From: Euglena gracilis | Taxonomy: Eukaryota | DNA length: 64,000 bases | Direction: 5' to 3' | Assembly (NCBI GenBank): GCA_039621445.1 | Contig: CP154954.1 | Span: forward strand, 13,262,716-13,326,715 | Part shown: positions 1 through 13,300 of the stretch, in pieces | Position numbering within the stretch: position 1 is the stretch's first letter | Layout: each line of letters starts with the position of its first letter | The notes under the pieces: generated by a model | What the model was told of the DNA's origin: nothing | Database searches by the model: none | Seen by the model: only the letters and a program-made list of their open reading frames with translations | Program-made: the position numbers and the translations under genes

Positions 1-2
1 GC

Positions 3-3000
3 AAAGGTGAGGGTAAAGGTAAGGGTACAGGACGTGAGGAGGAAGAAGAACCAGCGGAAGTCCTCTCGGACTTTGAGCAAATGCTCAGGTTCAAGGAGGA
101 GCTGGAGGACGAAGGCTGGCAAATGCAGCATGATTACCATGTTGCAGGAAACCGCCCCGTCACCCCTCCACAAGCTGTCATCGATGTGGTATTACACCAC
201 ACCGAGAACAGAGTCAGACAATTCCATTACGGAATTGATCTGTACGCCTTCGAAGGTGAAGGTGACAGACCGTTGCTGGATGCCCAGCCAGGTTTGTGGG
301 AGCTCTGGTTTTGGCTGGGATACCCCTGCCAGAACTGGGGTCTCTTCAGCGATTCCACTGGTCGCAGTTACCTGCACCAGTTAGGATTCCGGGACCAGCA
401 TGTGTTGGCCCGGAGGCTGAAGGCCTACTTCGAATGTATTCACTCGGTAGGACCCCTCGGAGTCCAGTGGAAATACTACCCCCTGAACCCCGACATCGAA
501 CGCCTGATCGAGGTGTTGTGGTGCAACAACCTCCAGGTTTGGCTGGTGAGCCATTACGGCTCCACCTTCCGCGTTAAGCGTGTTTCCCTGGCTTACCCAC
601 AGAGGTATGACCTCTGTTGTAAGTACTGCGGGCAGGAATTTCCTGTCGACTTCTGGGGATTCGGCGTCCGCGGAAGTCCTCCACCGCCTCGGGATAACCC
701 GGGCCTGGAGATGGGACGCCGCATGCTTATGCATGTGTGCCGCGACGCCCCGGATCTCCAGGGCAAAAGTCACCGCGTCCGCAAGCAGCGTGTTTTTATG
801 CTGCACCAGTTCTGGTGGCGAGCCTGGACCACCTACGTCATGGAGGTGTATGTACATCTCCGTGACCCCCAGGACGACAGGCCTGGTATGGAAAGCTTGC
901 CACCGGACTACGGCGATCCCATTGAGGGTCCTCGTCGTCGTCGGGTCATCGCCGACCTGCGCCGCAACTGGCACCTGGCTGATATCAGCCTGGAAGAACA
1001 CTTGCGGCGACAGTTCGGCGGTACCCTCGACCGGGAGGTATTCCTCCAGTTGATGATGCACCCGAAGGCCGTCCTCGACCTGCGTATGCCGATTCTGGCA
1101 TGCGTTCAGGAGTTAAAGGGGGGCTTTTTCGAGGTCTGGGAGGATACGCGTTACCTCGGATTCCTGGGCCCGAACAGGCCTGCGAACGCCTGGGTGCAGC
1201 CATCATGGCCGCCACCCTGGCCCAACAGCGCCAGCAGCAGTACGCTGGCCTTTTACAGGCTGGCGGATACTCAGGGATGCCGATGGCATCCCGACGATCC
1301 TCGTTCGCCCGAGGATCTGCGTGCCTTCATCGCCCCGGAGGATGAACCTCTGGCGCGAAGGAGACGTGAGGCGTCAGTCGCTTCCACCACCGCGATTCCG
1401 CGGCGGGAGGAACGCGAACGCAGCCCCTCCGTCACCATTCTGGAGGCAGCGCCGCCGTCTCCGACAGGAACGGCTGTATCCTTGGTCTCTGCCCCGCGAG
1501 CGGCAGGGGAACGATCAGTTTCCCCGGCCCCCGCGGCGGCTCCCGTCTGTCCACCGGTAGGTGGGGACGAGGAACTCCCTCAGGAAGGCGAGAACGTGAA
1601 GGATATCCTCTACGCTGCTCTACCTGCACCGGCACAGCCTCGGCCAGACGAAGCACCCACAGAGGATATACCTGTGACAGCAACGCCTGTCCCGACGGCT
1701 GAACCTCAACCCGAGGTGACTGGTATGGTCGTCGACGATATCGTCGAAGAACCTACCAGCCCCGCAGCACGCACCTCATTAGGAGGCCGCGTGCTCGGCG
1801 CCGTAGTCACCGGCATTACTGCCGTGGCTGCTGCACTAACGCCACGAGGTGGAGGCGTAGCATTAAGCTCCGCCGCTGAGGTCGTGGAGATGCCGGATGT
1901 CGCCGTCCCTGCACCCCCATCTCCGGCAGAAGTGCAACCACCGTTAGGGGATGAACCCCTGCCGACAGAGACATCTGTCGCACCGGCTACAACGGAGGTT
2001 CAACCTCCCGTAGCACCTGCGCCAGCGGTTGTGGAGGATCAACCTCCTCGACCGGATGTCGAAATGGAAGTGGAGGAGATACCCCCACGACCACCGACAC
2101 CGCGCAGGATCCCTGCCGTCCCGAGGACAATGGCAGAGTTTATGGGAGTGTCAGCGCCTGTGGAAGCACAGATTCCGGTGACGACCACAGCACCACGCCC
2201 CGTCGGGCAGGATGACCCTGCTCGGCGCAGGGCGGCTGAACAACCCCAGGAACGAGTGCCGACCCCTCGTAGCGTCATGCGCGATCCAGCGGTCATTATG
2301 CCTGCTTCGCCCAGACGGCAAACGTCTGCTCCGGCACCATCGGCTCCTGATACCAGGAGTAAGCTACAGGCCTCGCCTCCTGATTCCGGGAGTGCGAAGC
2401 CGAAAGGAGGCAAACCGGGTGCTGCACCCTGTAAACCCCCTGCCAAAGGCGGTGATGGGAAACCACCACCGAAAGGTAGCGCTGGAGGTCAGACTGGCGG
2501 ACAGTCGAAAGGCCCTACGACAATGCACGACTATTCGGCCGTTACATCGTCCGGGTACGGCAAGAGCAAACCGAAAGGTAAGGCTCATGGTCGACAGGCC
2601 CAATCTTCCGCCGGATCGACGGATGAGGAGCAGGACGAACCTTCTTCACCTCCCGTGTCTGCGGATGCCCAGCTCTGGACTCAGGATATCCTGACCAGAC
2701 TAGGCACCGTGGAATAGAGGACGAAGAAACTGGCTGCTATTAGGCACCAGAAAGGGTCACATAATCGATGGATTCAGCCCCTCTTCGTCCGAGGGGACCC
2801 TTTCCACTATGTCCCGGAACATACCTGGACATTCTGGAACAGGCGCTCACCCAGAGTACTGGCACAGTACTTTGGCGAGGATTGTGTGTTGGATTTCCAG
2901 CACGGCACGTCATTTGCCTGGACGTGCACCGTGTGCCACCATCTGCGGCACTACCAACCGCTTGTGCATGTGTGCAAGCGGCAGGTGCAATCCACGACGT

Positions 3001-3905
3001 TCCATCACAGGGCATATGTGCCGAACTGTGTGGCGCTCGTATGTGGCGAGTGCCTGAAAGCCTGGAAGCACAGCTTGAACTACTCCTACAGTGAGAATGC
3101 TCACGACAGGGATATCCCTGCCTTGTGCATCAACTGTACAGGGGCCAAGTTCGTGCAGACTGCTGATAGAGCAGTCACCACCATTGTCCCCCAGCACTTG
3201 GAGACACTGGAGAAGTGGAAGAAGGACTACAAGCAGGTGGAAGGCCGCCTGAACCACTCCGACTTCCGAAAGGTAGAAAGCTACCGCCACACGGGAATGG
3301 CCCGTGAGTTCCAGACAAACGCTGGGGCAATGCGCCTCGCCGTCGAGGAACACGCCAAGGTAAGAATGCCTTACCTCTGGACCGATGGCGACTGGGAGAC
3401 ACAGGTTTACCCCCTGTTCTCCAAGTGTCAGCACGGCGGATACGCCTTGCCACTGTGGCCTCCTGAAGAACACGATTTAGTGGACTTCAGAGGTTGGTTG
3501 GCGGCTGTATTACGGCCCCATACTGCAAGAGCTCGGACAGCGAAGTGGATGTATGACATCAACTTCAAGCAGACCCCGGGGATGCCCCCGCAGGTGTCTG
3601 CGAATCACCCCCGGATGAATTACATCATCTGGCCGGTGATGCTGCCCAGAATTTTCTGGGAACAGCTCCAACGGTACCTTCAGCACATTGCTGACCGTAC
3701 CAGGGAGAAGCTGCCGGACAGTTGGATCAAGGACTGGGAGACCCCATCCTTTGATGTCAAAGATCCGGAGCACAACACCATCCGGAGCGAATCAGCTCCG
3801 CAGCGTTCCCCACGCCAACTGGAGTTGGTTGAGGACCCATTAAGGGACCCTCAACACGACTATTGGCGTGAGGTGCGCGAACGCCCAGCCGATAAAGGCA
3901 GGTGA
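3..3905 (+). pseudogene. Accessory ORF of element A, copy 1 (5'-truncated by window), unknown Pro-rich/Cys-His protein
   Basis: ORFs 81..2717 and 2886..3905 share a frame and are separated by one TAG (2715-2717) that is GAG in copy 2. The frame stays open back to the window start (GKG repeat). Confidence 0.75.
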
Positions 3906-4018
3906 GGTGGCTGTAAGCGCCAATGCGGCGTCTTTCAGAAACCTCGTCAGGTATTTGCCTGACACCCTGTTCGGGTATTTGCCCGAACACCCCTTCGAAG
4001 ACCCTTTGCGGTATATAT

Positions 4019-4825
4019 ATTATATACCGCCCGAAAGGCAATGGTAGAGCCGAGGCAGCCGTGAAATCCGTTGTCAATATGCTTCGCCTTTCACTGGCTG
4101 ACTCGGGTAAGAATTGGTTATCCGTTCTTCATTGGTGTTTATTTTACATCAATACGTTGCCAGGCTTGGTATTAGCACACTCACCGTACAAAATTGTTTT
4201 CGGACGAGACCCTCCGGCCATAGGGGATATCCCCTCGGAGAGACCCGCCCGAAGTAGTGTCAGCTGTGAAACGTGGTTTGCAGAAGTGGAATCACTCCGC
4301 CCTGCAGTCCAATCACGTGTCACAGAAATTCATTCCAACAAACGTAAATCGTTTTTACAAAACTTCAACACACCCGTGTATAGTCCATATAGGTGACCGC
4401 GTGTGGGTACGGAATAACCGCACCCACATGCAATCTTCCAAGCTAGATCCTCTTTGGCTCGGCCCATGCGAAATTTTGGAGAGATTAGGTAGTATCGGGC
4501 GATATAAAGTTGCCTTGCCCAACGGGATTGAGGACGTCCATATGGACGACTTCAAACCGTACCTAAGCCCCCCAGACGGAAAGGCTATCACCTGCCTATA
4601 TTTCAAGCCCCGTTCCAGATTACCTGAAACGGACGACTTTGTGGTCGATAAGATAATAGAGCACAAGGTCGACAGGGGTGTGCACTACTGGAAAGTTCGC
4701 TGGAAAGGGTATGGGCCAGAGAGGACACTTGGGAGCCAGCATCCAGTTTTGTTGGACATATCCAGCAGTATTGGAAGCTGTGGAACAAGCGCAATAACAT
4801 AGACATAAACATAAACACTTTCTGA
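4019..4825 (+). pseudogene. C-terminal integrase fragment with chromodomain (element A pol end), frameshifted
   Basis: YRPKGNGRAE (catalytic Glu helix), SPYKIVFG, KLDPLWLGPCEI, then FVVDKIIEHK...YWKVRWKGYGP/EDTWEP chromodomain. Two frameshifts; TGA at 4823-4825. Confidence 0.9.
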
Positions 4826-5016
4826 AACTATTTGGTTTCGGAGAATGTGTGTGTTTTATGTGAATGTTTCGCATTTATACCCACCCCTGCACTCATCTTC
4901 TGTCTTTCTCACAGAGTTTTTGATTAAGATAGAAGCCTTCTTTTTTCAGTGCACCAGCACTCAAAGCTACTGACAACAAGGTTTCCCTTCGCTGCAGTCG
5001 TCGTTCGGGTAGCATC

Positions 5017-8000
5017 ATGCTGCCTGGGCGCGGACCTGGACCAGGTCCACCATGGCCGCAGCCTCCTGGCGCGCCATACCCCCAGTACCCTCAGTATGCT
5101 GAGGCCCCGATTCCGGGTGCCCCACATGCTGAGAGGGTTTCAGCCCCGGTATTCGCCGCGGCTACCAGCAGCCGGTCCGCATATGCGGCACCAGATCCAT
5201 CTGCCGTCCAGCAGCCGGCACCCCAGCCACCAGTGCAGCGCAGATTGCGCCTGCCCCCGTATGCGGGGGAGATGATCTTCCGCACTACGGAGACTTTGGA
5301 GCGGGCGATGTGTATGTGCGCACACCCCCCAACGGATCCCTTTATGCAAGCCCTTTGGGATGCATATTGTCCTCAGTTGTTGGTGGTAACCAACACGCCT
5401 GTGGCTCAGTGGTGTCCCTGTGGTCAAGCCCTGATGACGGGGAGACGGTATTTCTCGTGGGCATCCGATTCCGGATTCAAGCCTGGCGAAACAATGATGG
5501 ACCTTGGCGTGTATGTGCCGCCCATGCTGCAAACGCAGAGGACGGTGGGATCCCACACCGTGCATATGCGTGAGCATACGCCCCCACCGGTAGGTGAGGC
5601 TGTGCATGTCCCACCTGGGATGACGAGAATTTTTGCTCGCCCGCCCTCGCCGCAGCGAATGCCGCCGCGCGAGCAGCCAGCGGAGCAATTTGTCTCGCAG
5701 TACGCGACGAACGCGGATTACCCGCGCGGCGCACGCGTGCTCCCAGCCGGACAGTCGGACGTGGCCCCTGAGGCATACGTCCAACACATGTTCGTGCACT
5801 GGATGCCACAGGCATCACCGGTCGCCCCTGCCCCTGGCGTTGAGCCACGGCGGCGGGTGGAGTCCATAGAGGTGGAGGATGAACCTCCCCACAGTGTGGC
5901 AGCCTGACCGCCCAGTGCACCTCCTGTCCAGACCGGGGATATCCCCCGTCGGCAGGAGGCTCCCCACTACCACAGGGCACCTCCGGGAACCGAGCAGGAT
6001 GAGCTTGCTCGGCACTTCCTGCAGGAGCCAGTATTCGCGTCTGAAGAGCACCGGACGAGGTATTACGCCTCTCTGGCTGCCCTTCAGGGATACACCCCCT
6101 ACCATCCGTACCAGCCGCAGCTGCGGGTGGCAACCCCGGTTTTACCCGGTGAGCCCCCGGCAGGTGTGGCAGTATTACCTGCCACCCTGAAGCGTGACAG
6201 GGCTACGGAGAACCTTACCACACAGCCCAGGCGACCCAGCCCACGGGACGCGGAAGGCGGTGTGGCGATGCAGGTGGAAGCCAGCCAGGATACCCCGACT
6301 GGACGACCACCGGCAGAGGCACAGGTGGCGATGAGCCGTCCTGTTGCCGCAATGCCACCGCCGATCCCTCCGGTATGGAAGGAGCCGCGACCCCCTGCGT
6401 CGAAGCCAAGCCCACGCCAGGCTCCTAGCCAACGCCCAGCCACGCCATCACCGCGACGTGCAGCGGATCGGCAAGATCCCTCCCCAGAGATGGAATGGGA
6501 AGGAACCGAACCGACTGCGGCACCGAGCGCCTGACCCTCTGGTATTCGCCAGATGGGGAAGGACACTGGCAAGGCTGAGGGCAAAGGCAAAGGAGAAGGC
6601 AAAGGCGTGGCCGGCAAAGGTAAGGGTGAGGGCAAAGGTGAGGGTAAAGGTAAGGGTACAGGACGTGAGGAGGAAGAAGAACCCGCGAAGTCCTCTCGGA
6701 CTTTGAGCAAATGCTCAGGTTCAAGGAGGAGCTGGAGGACGAAGGCTGGCGAATGCAGCATGATTACCATGTTGCAGGAAACCGCCCCGTCACCCCTCCA
6801 CAAGCTGTCATCGACGTGGTATTACACCACACCGAGAACAGAGTCAGACAATTCCATTACGGAATTGATCTGTACGCCTTCGAAGGTGAAGGTGGCAGAC
6901 CCTTGCTGGATGCCCAGCCAGGTTTGTGGGAGCTCTGGTTTTGGCTGGGATACCCCTGCCAGAACTGGGGTCTCTTCAGCGATTCCACTGGTCGCAGTTA
7001 CCTGCACCAGTTAGGATTCCGGGACCAGTATGTGTTGGCCCGGAGGCTGAAGGCCTACTTCGAATGTATTCATTCGGTAGGACCCCTCGGAGTCCAGTGG
7101 AAATACTACCCCCTGAACCCCGACATCGAACGCCTGATCGAGGTGTTGTGGTGCAACAACCTCCAGGTTTGGCTGGTGAGCCATTACGGCTCCACCTTCC
7201 GCGTTAAGCGTGTTTCCCTGGCTTACCCACAGAGGTATGACCTCTGTTGTAAGTACTGCGGGCAGGAATTTACTGTCGACTTCTGGGGATTCGGCGTCCG
7301 CGGAAGTCCTCCACCGCCTCGGGATAACCCGGGCCTGGAGATGGGACGCCGCATGCTTATGCATGTGTGCCGCGACGCCCCGGATCTCCAGGGAAAAAGT
7401 CACCACCGTCCACAGGCAGCGTGTTTTTATGCTGCACCAGTTCTGGTGGCGAGCCTGGACCACCTACGTCATGGAGGTGTATGTACATCTCCGTGACCAC
7501 CAGGACGACAGGCCTGGTATGGAAAGCTTGCCAATGGACTACGGCGATCCCATTGAGGGTCCTCGTCGTCGTCGGGTCATCGCCGACCTGCGCCGCAACT
7601 GGCACCTGGCTGATATCAGCCTGGAAGAACACTTGCGGCGACAGTTCGGCGGTACCCTCGACCGGGAGGTATTCCTCCAGTTGATGACGCACCCGAAGGC
7701 CATCCTCGACCTGCGTATGCCGATTCTGGCATGCGTTCAGGAGTTAAAGGAGGGCTTTTTAGAGGTCTGGGAGGATACGCGTTACCTCGGATTCCTGGGC
7801 CCGAACAGGCCTGCCAACGCCTGGGTGCAGCCATCATGGCCGCCACCCTGGCCCAACAGCGCCAGCAGCAGTACGCTGGCCTTTTACAGGCTGGCGGATA
7901 CTCAGGGATGCCGATGGCACCCCGACGATCCTCGTTCGCCCGAGGATCTGCGTGCCTTCATCGCCCCGGAGGATGAACCTCTGGCGCGAAGGAGACGTGA

Positions 8001-8145
8001 GGCGTCAGTCGCTTCCACCACCGCGATTCCGCGGCGGGAGGAACGCGAACGCAGCCCCTCCGTCACCATTCTGGAGGCAGCGCCGCCGTCTCCGACAGGA
8101 ACGGCTGTATCCGTCGTCTCTGCCCCGCGAGCGGCAGGGGAACGA
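5017..8145 (+). pseudogene. Accessory ORF of element A, copy 2, 5' part (interrupted by element B)
   Basis: ORFs at 5017, 6127 and 6553 are in one frame, split by TGA at 5905 and 6532. 6632-8145 is near-identical to 1-1514, with 1-bp indels near 6685 and 7405. Confidence 0.75.
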
Positions 8146-8442
8146 AACTTGAATTGGCTTGAAACTTGAACCAAATAGGCCAATGGCAAATAGATAATCA
8201 GATTGAGCAAGGACAGAGTAGTGACAGAGCCCTCTGGAACATGTTGTAAAATCGTGGTTAAAATCTGGTCAGAGGTTAAAATTCAGTTAGGAGAGGATTA
8301 TCCTAATTGTTTCATCATTGAAACTGTAGGCCCCTGGTTGGGTCAAGTCCCCTGGTTAGTTCTGTGGGCGCCTGGGTTAGCTTTTAAGGTTAGCGCCTGA
8401 GGTTAGCTAACTTACCCGGGCACTCAGCACCCCTGACTCACA
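8146..8442 (-). repeat. 3' LTR of element B (distal end deleted)
   Basis: Matches 20581-20877, begins TGTGAGT on the minus strand, lacks the terminal CA and TSD. Confidence 0.9.
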
Positions 8443-8453
8443 CTCCCCTTCCC
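8443..8453 (-). promoter_or_regulatory. Polypurine tract of element B
   Basis: Minus-strand GGGAAGGGGAG directly precedes the 3' LTR TG. Confidence 0.85.
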
Positions 8454-10367
8454 AAGGAGTTGTTTACAACTCTTTTCGACTCACTTAGGAAGGGGTGCGG
8501 AGTGCGTTTGTTGTAAGGGGGCTGGCCGTTTATGTTTTTGGTCACAGGCTGGTCAAACATTCCCTCGGGGGGGGGCCTGGTTTTTTTTTTCAGGTGGCTG
8601 TCCCCCCCAGGTCCCTTGTCGTGTGGGGGGGGGGGGGGCAGGCGCCAGCCGCCGACCACAGCCCCCCCCCTTTTTTTAAAACAAAAAGGGGGCAGCTCCC
8701 GTTCGGGGGTTCCGCCTCCGCCTGCCAAGCGGTCAGTCGCCGGCCAGGGACAAATTTTTACAAAATTCAAGCGAAGGCTGAGTCAGAGTCTTTCGGTTAA
8801 AATCAGGCTGGGGCAGGGCCCGGTCCGGTCCGGTGGCTGGTTCCCCCACGTTTGGTCCCCGGGGGGGGGGGCAGGCATCCAGCACCGCCCACAAACAAAA
8901 CTTATTTGTCTGCTTTTATTTTGTGGGGGGGCAGTTGGCTGGGCCCCAGTTTTTTTTTTCAGCCTCGGTGGCGCACCCCTCCCAGGTCCAGGTCCTGAAC
9001 GGGGGGGGGGGGCACGCAAACGCTGCCTACCTCAGCCAAAAAGTCGTTTTGAATTCTTTTTTACACTCCCTGGGGTGTATCCTGGCACCCCGGATCTGTC
9101 AGGCGTGGGGGGGGGGGCAGCAGGCTCCTTAATGCCCCTCTTCCGCTCCACCCCCTCTCTTTCGTCAAACGTCTGTGTAGTTGAAAAATGCACAAATTAA
9201 GCGGAGGGCTGGGTTTCAGTTGAGCCCTCTACGCTCTGGGTCAGACCAGGCCTGGCCAACCCAGGTTCTGGTTTCTTTTTCTTTTTTCTTTCTTTGCCGG
9301 TCCGGGGCTGCCCCCCCCCTCTAGTCCCTGCGTAGCCTCGGGGGGGGGGGGCAGGTGTCAAGCGCTGCCCACGGTCTGTTTTTTTTGGGGGGGGCAGTTG
9401 GCTGGGCCCCCCATCTTTTCCTTTCTTGTCTCTTTTTTTTTCTTTTCTTTTTGTTTTTTTTTTTTTCTGTGCGGTGGCTGGACCCCCCCTCCCAGGTCTC
9501 TTGTCGGGGGGGGAAACGGCAGGCGCCAAGCGCCGCTGCCCCCCCCCCCCTTTTTTAGTAACAAATCTCTGCCCCAACCTTAGGCTGCCCGTGGGGGGGA
9601 ACCCAGGTCCTCTCTGAGGGAGGGGGGCACCCTAGGTTCAGTGTGGGGGGGAGCACCCCAGGTTCGGCGTGGGGGGGGGGGCGCTCCAGGTTCAGTGTGG
9701 GACAGCTTCCCTTCCCACTGCGGTTGAAGAAACGGTCTGAGAGCTCTGGACAGGTAAAGGGGGGCTGCGAGGGGGCAGCCCGAACCAATATGGGGGTGGG
9801 GGGGGAAGGGAGCCTCCAGGGGGGAGCTAGCCCCAGAGGTCCCGGAGGTACCAGGGGGTGGGGCGTCGCGGTGGCGAGTCGTCGTCGGAGGAGGACGGGG
9901 AGGTTGGCGACGCCGGGGGGGACGGGCTCCGGTCCGGGGTCCCGATGTAGAGGGGGGGGCTGAGGGAGCGGGGGCTGCGGGGGCTGCTGCATACGGAGCG
10001 CCCGCGCTCCCTCCGGGGGGGTTGTGTGGGTGTTGGGGTGGGCTGGGTTGGCGTCGGGGTGGGTATGCGTGAGGTTGGGGGTGGGCTGCTTGCTGGCTGG
10101 GTAGGGGTGGGTGTGGGTGCTCTCCAGCAGCTGGCGGGGAGGAGTACGGCCTCGAGGGCCTTGCGTAGGGGTGGGGGTAGTATGGTGGGGATGATGAAGT
10201 CGGGGGTTGGGGGTGGCTGGTATGGGGGAGGGGGTGGGCGTCGAAGGGGTTGAGGTCGAAAGTAGGGGTGGTGATGTTGGGGTTGTTGGTGTAGGTGTTG
10301 GCGTTGTGGACGTCGATGTCGGGGCATCTGTGAGGGAATGTGGGGATGATGAAGACAAGGAACCTTG

Positions 10368-13300
10368 TCACTTCATCAATTCCAACAATTGCTTGACGTC
10401 CAAATCCACCCCGTTCTCCACACAATAGGCAACCACGTCCTTGTTGATTCTAAAGAAAAAATTCCCCAGTGGTTCCCATTTGTCCGCTTCTGGCCCAAAT
10501 CCTTTCCACCGCACCAAAAATTCCGTCTTTCCGTTTTCATGTCGGTGGTTGAGCACCCTTTCCACCTCCCTCTCGTCGGGTCCAACCTCCAGTTCTTGTG
10601 CTTTCCCACACCAAAAATACAAAGGCACGGGGGTGGTCGAGTAAAGGTCTTCCACGTGTGGTTTCAGTTGGGAACGGTGGGCTGGTTGTCGCTTCCCCGG
10701 CTGAAGCTCCACCACATAGGAGTGGTCTCCCACTCTTTCCGAAACCACCACTGGCCCTTTCCACCTGGGTTCCCACTTGTCGGTTCCAGGCTGTCGTTCA
10801 GGTTGGTACCAAACCTTGGAACCAATTTGAAGGGCTGGGGGTTCACGTCGTTTCTGGTTCACAGCCTCTTTCCGAGCCTCCAGTTTTTCATTTAGCGTTT
10901 GGGCCACCCACCTGTCTTGTTCCTTCATTCGCTTGAGGAATTCGGTTGCACCCTCAGCCTCCCGCTGTGGTTTGTGCGGAATCCCACACAAGGATCGGTG
11001 TCGCCCAAAAACAATTTCATAAGGGGACAATCTAGCCTCACCCGGCACGTCGTGAATGGCTCTCAGGGCCCGTGGGAGGAGTTCCACCCACGGGACACCG
11101 TTTTCTGCAGCCAGTTTTGCAAGTTTCCGCATTACCTGCTGCCCGGCTACCTCTGCCCTTCCGTTCGCCTGATGGCGGTAAGCCTGTCCATAGGCAACCC
11201 TTACACCGTGTGCTGCGCACAGAGTTTTCCACCAGGCTGCTATGAACTGTGGACCCCTGTCGGAACTCACCACCGAGGGGATTCCGAACAGATCCCACTG
11301 TCGAAACATTTCCTTGGCCACCTTTTCAGCTGTGAGACCCTTGTTAAGATGGGGGGTAGCAACCATCCACCCACTCAATCGGTCCACACAAAGTGCCAAA
11401 GTGTCGTATCGTTTCCCTTCAAAAGTGGTTTCCGGTAGTGCAAAGAGGTCGACCGCCACGCTGTCCATCAGGTGGGGCGGGACCGGTGTTGGTTGTATTG
11501 GACACTTGAAGGGTTGATGGTTTGGTTCAGTGACCTGACACGTTTCACACATCCCCATCGTTTTGCTGGTCAGTTTTTTTGCGTGTTTTTTTTGCGAAAA
11601 GAAACCACCGACCCATCTGCTCCCACAGCCGTTCAGCCCCTGGGTGTCCCGCCGCTTCGTGGTGTTCCCTGATGACCCTCCCCATGACACCCCTTGGTAC
11701 ACACAAGAGTCCGTGTTTGAAGAGCATTCCGTTTTCAAATCGGAAGCCCTCAGGCCATTCTTTGAACCCCGAATCCTCCAACCCCTTGAGCACAGGGCCC
11801 CACTTGGGGCACCCGCTGTACCCGCTCCTCCAGTCCTCGTCCATCACCGACCGCGACCCTGTCGGTGGAAGCTCCGGGGCGTGCACTCCCCTTGATGGAG
11901 GTCCCACAGGCAGGCTCGTCGAAGATGAGGGACGCTGCGCGTCCTCGAGTCCGTTCTCCCCTGGACTTGCTGTTTTTGGAGGGTCCACAGGGTCCTCTTC
12001 CAAGGTTCTTCGCCTAGGGGGGTCTTCCTCTGTGGCTGTCCTCTTGGCCATTTCTTTTTCTGGGCTTCCCTTTTCTTGTGTGCCTTCGGTGTCCCTGTCC
12101 TTGGGTTTTGAAGTTTTTGAAGATTTTTTTGGGGGGGGTCTCCTTCCCTGGTGTGACTTTACTCGTTGTGGCCGAATCCTCACCAGTCTTGGCCCCTCCC
12201 CTTGTTGTGACGGCCACAACGAGGGGTGGGTCTCCCAATTTTTTCTGTGCCCGTAGCAATTCCTTCATTGAAATCACTGAGCAGCCCCTTTCCTCCTTCC
12301 TTTCCTGTTCGATTATTTCTTGCATGAGGCGGTCATCCTCCTCACTGCCGTGCACACTGACGTCGGCAAACGCCTGTGAGGCGGGATAGGCCCACCTGCT
12401 CAAGGCGCCAGCCACCACGTTGTCCTTCCCAGGTACGTAGGCTACCGTGATGTCAAATTTTGAAAGGAGTTCGTGCCATCTGGCCCTACGTCCCGACAAC
12501 TCTGTGGCTGTGTCCAGGTTTTCTGTGGCCCAGCACTCGATTGCCTTGTGATCGGTCAGGACCAGCACCGCTTGCATACCGAACCATGAGGCCCATTTCT
12601 GAAGGGCCAGGATCACCGCGTATGTCTCCTTGTCCCGTGGTGTCCAAGTCCTGACCTGTCCCGGTGCCAATTTCCGTGAACAAAATGCCACTGGGGCAGT
12701 TTTCTTGGTCTGTGCCGTTGTGGTGTCCAGTTTCCCCAATCCATCCTCCACAAACTGCTCCAAGGCAGCCCCCACAGCCCTGCCACTGGCATCCACTCGG
12801 AGGATGAATGGCTTGTCGTGGTTGACTGTTTGCAGTTTGAGGCTGCCCAACAGTTTGTCCTTGATGGCCTGGAACGCCTTGCGTTCCTTCTCCCCGAAAA
12901 ACACAGGCATCTGGCTCCCCTTTTTTCCCAGTCCCTTTTTCACCTTGAGTTTTTCCATCAGGTCCGCTGCCAGCTCCGCGTATCCTGGGATGTAGGAGGA
13001 GTAGTAGTTGGTGAATCCCAGGAATGCGCGGAGGGCTGTGATGGTTTGCGGGTCTTCCCACTTTTCCAGGGCCATCAGTTTTTCTGGGGCTGGTCTCCGT
13101 TGTCCTCCCCCCAAGATGTGTCCGCAGAATTCCACTTCATGCACAAAAAACTTACATTTTTTTATGTCGGCTACGAGCAGCTGTTTCTTGAGTGCCTCCA
13201 TAACTCTGCGGATGTCCTTGTCGTGCTGGAGGATTGTTGCCTCTTCCGTTCCCTGCCAAACTGTGCCTACGATGATGTCATCTACGTAGGGGTTGGCAAT

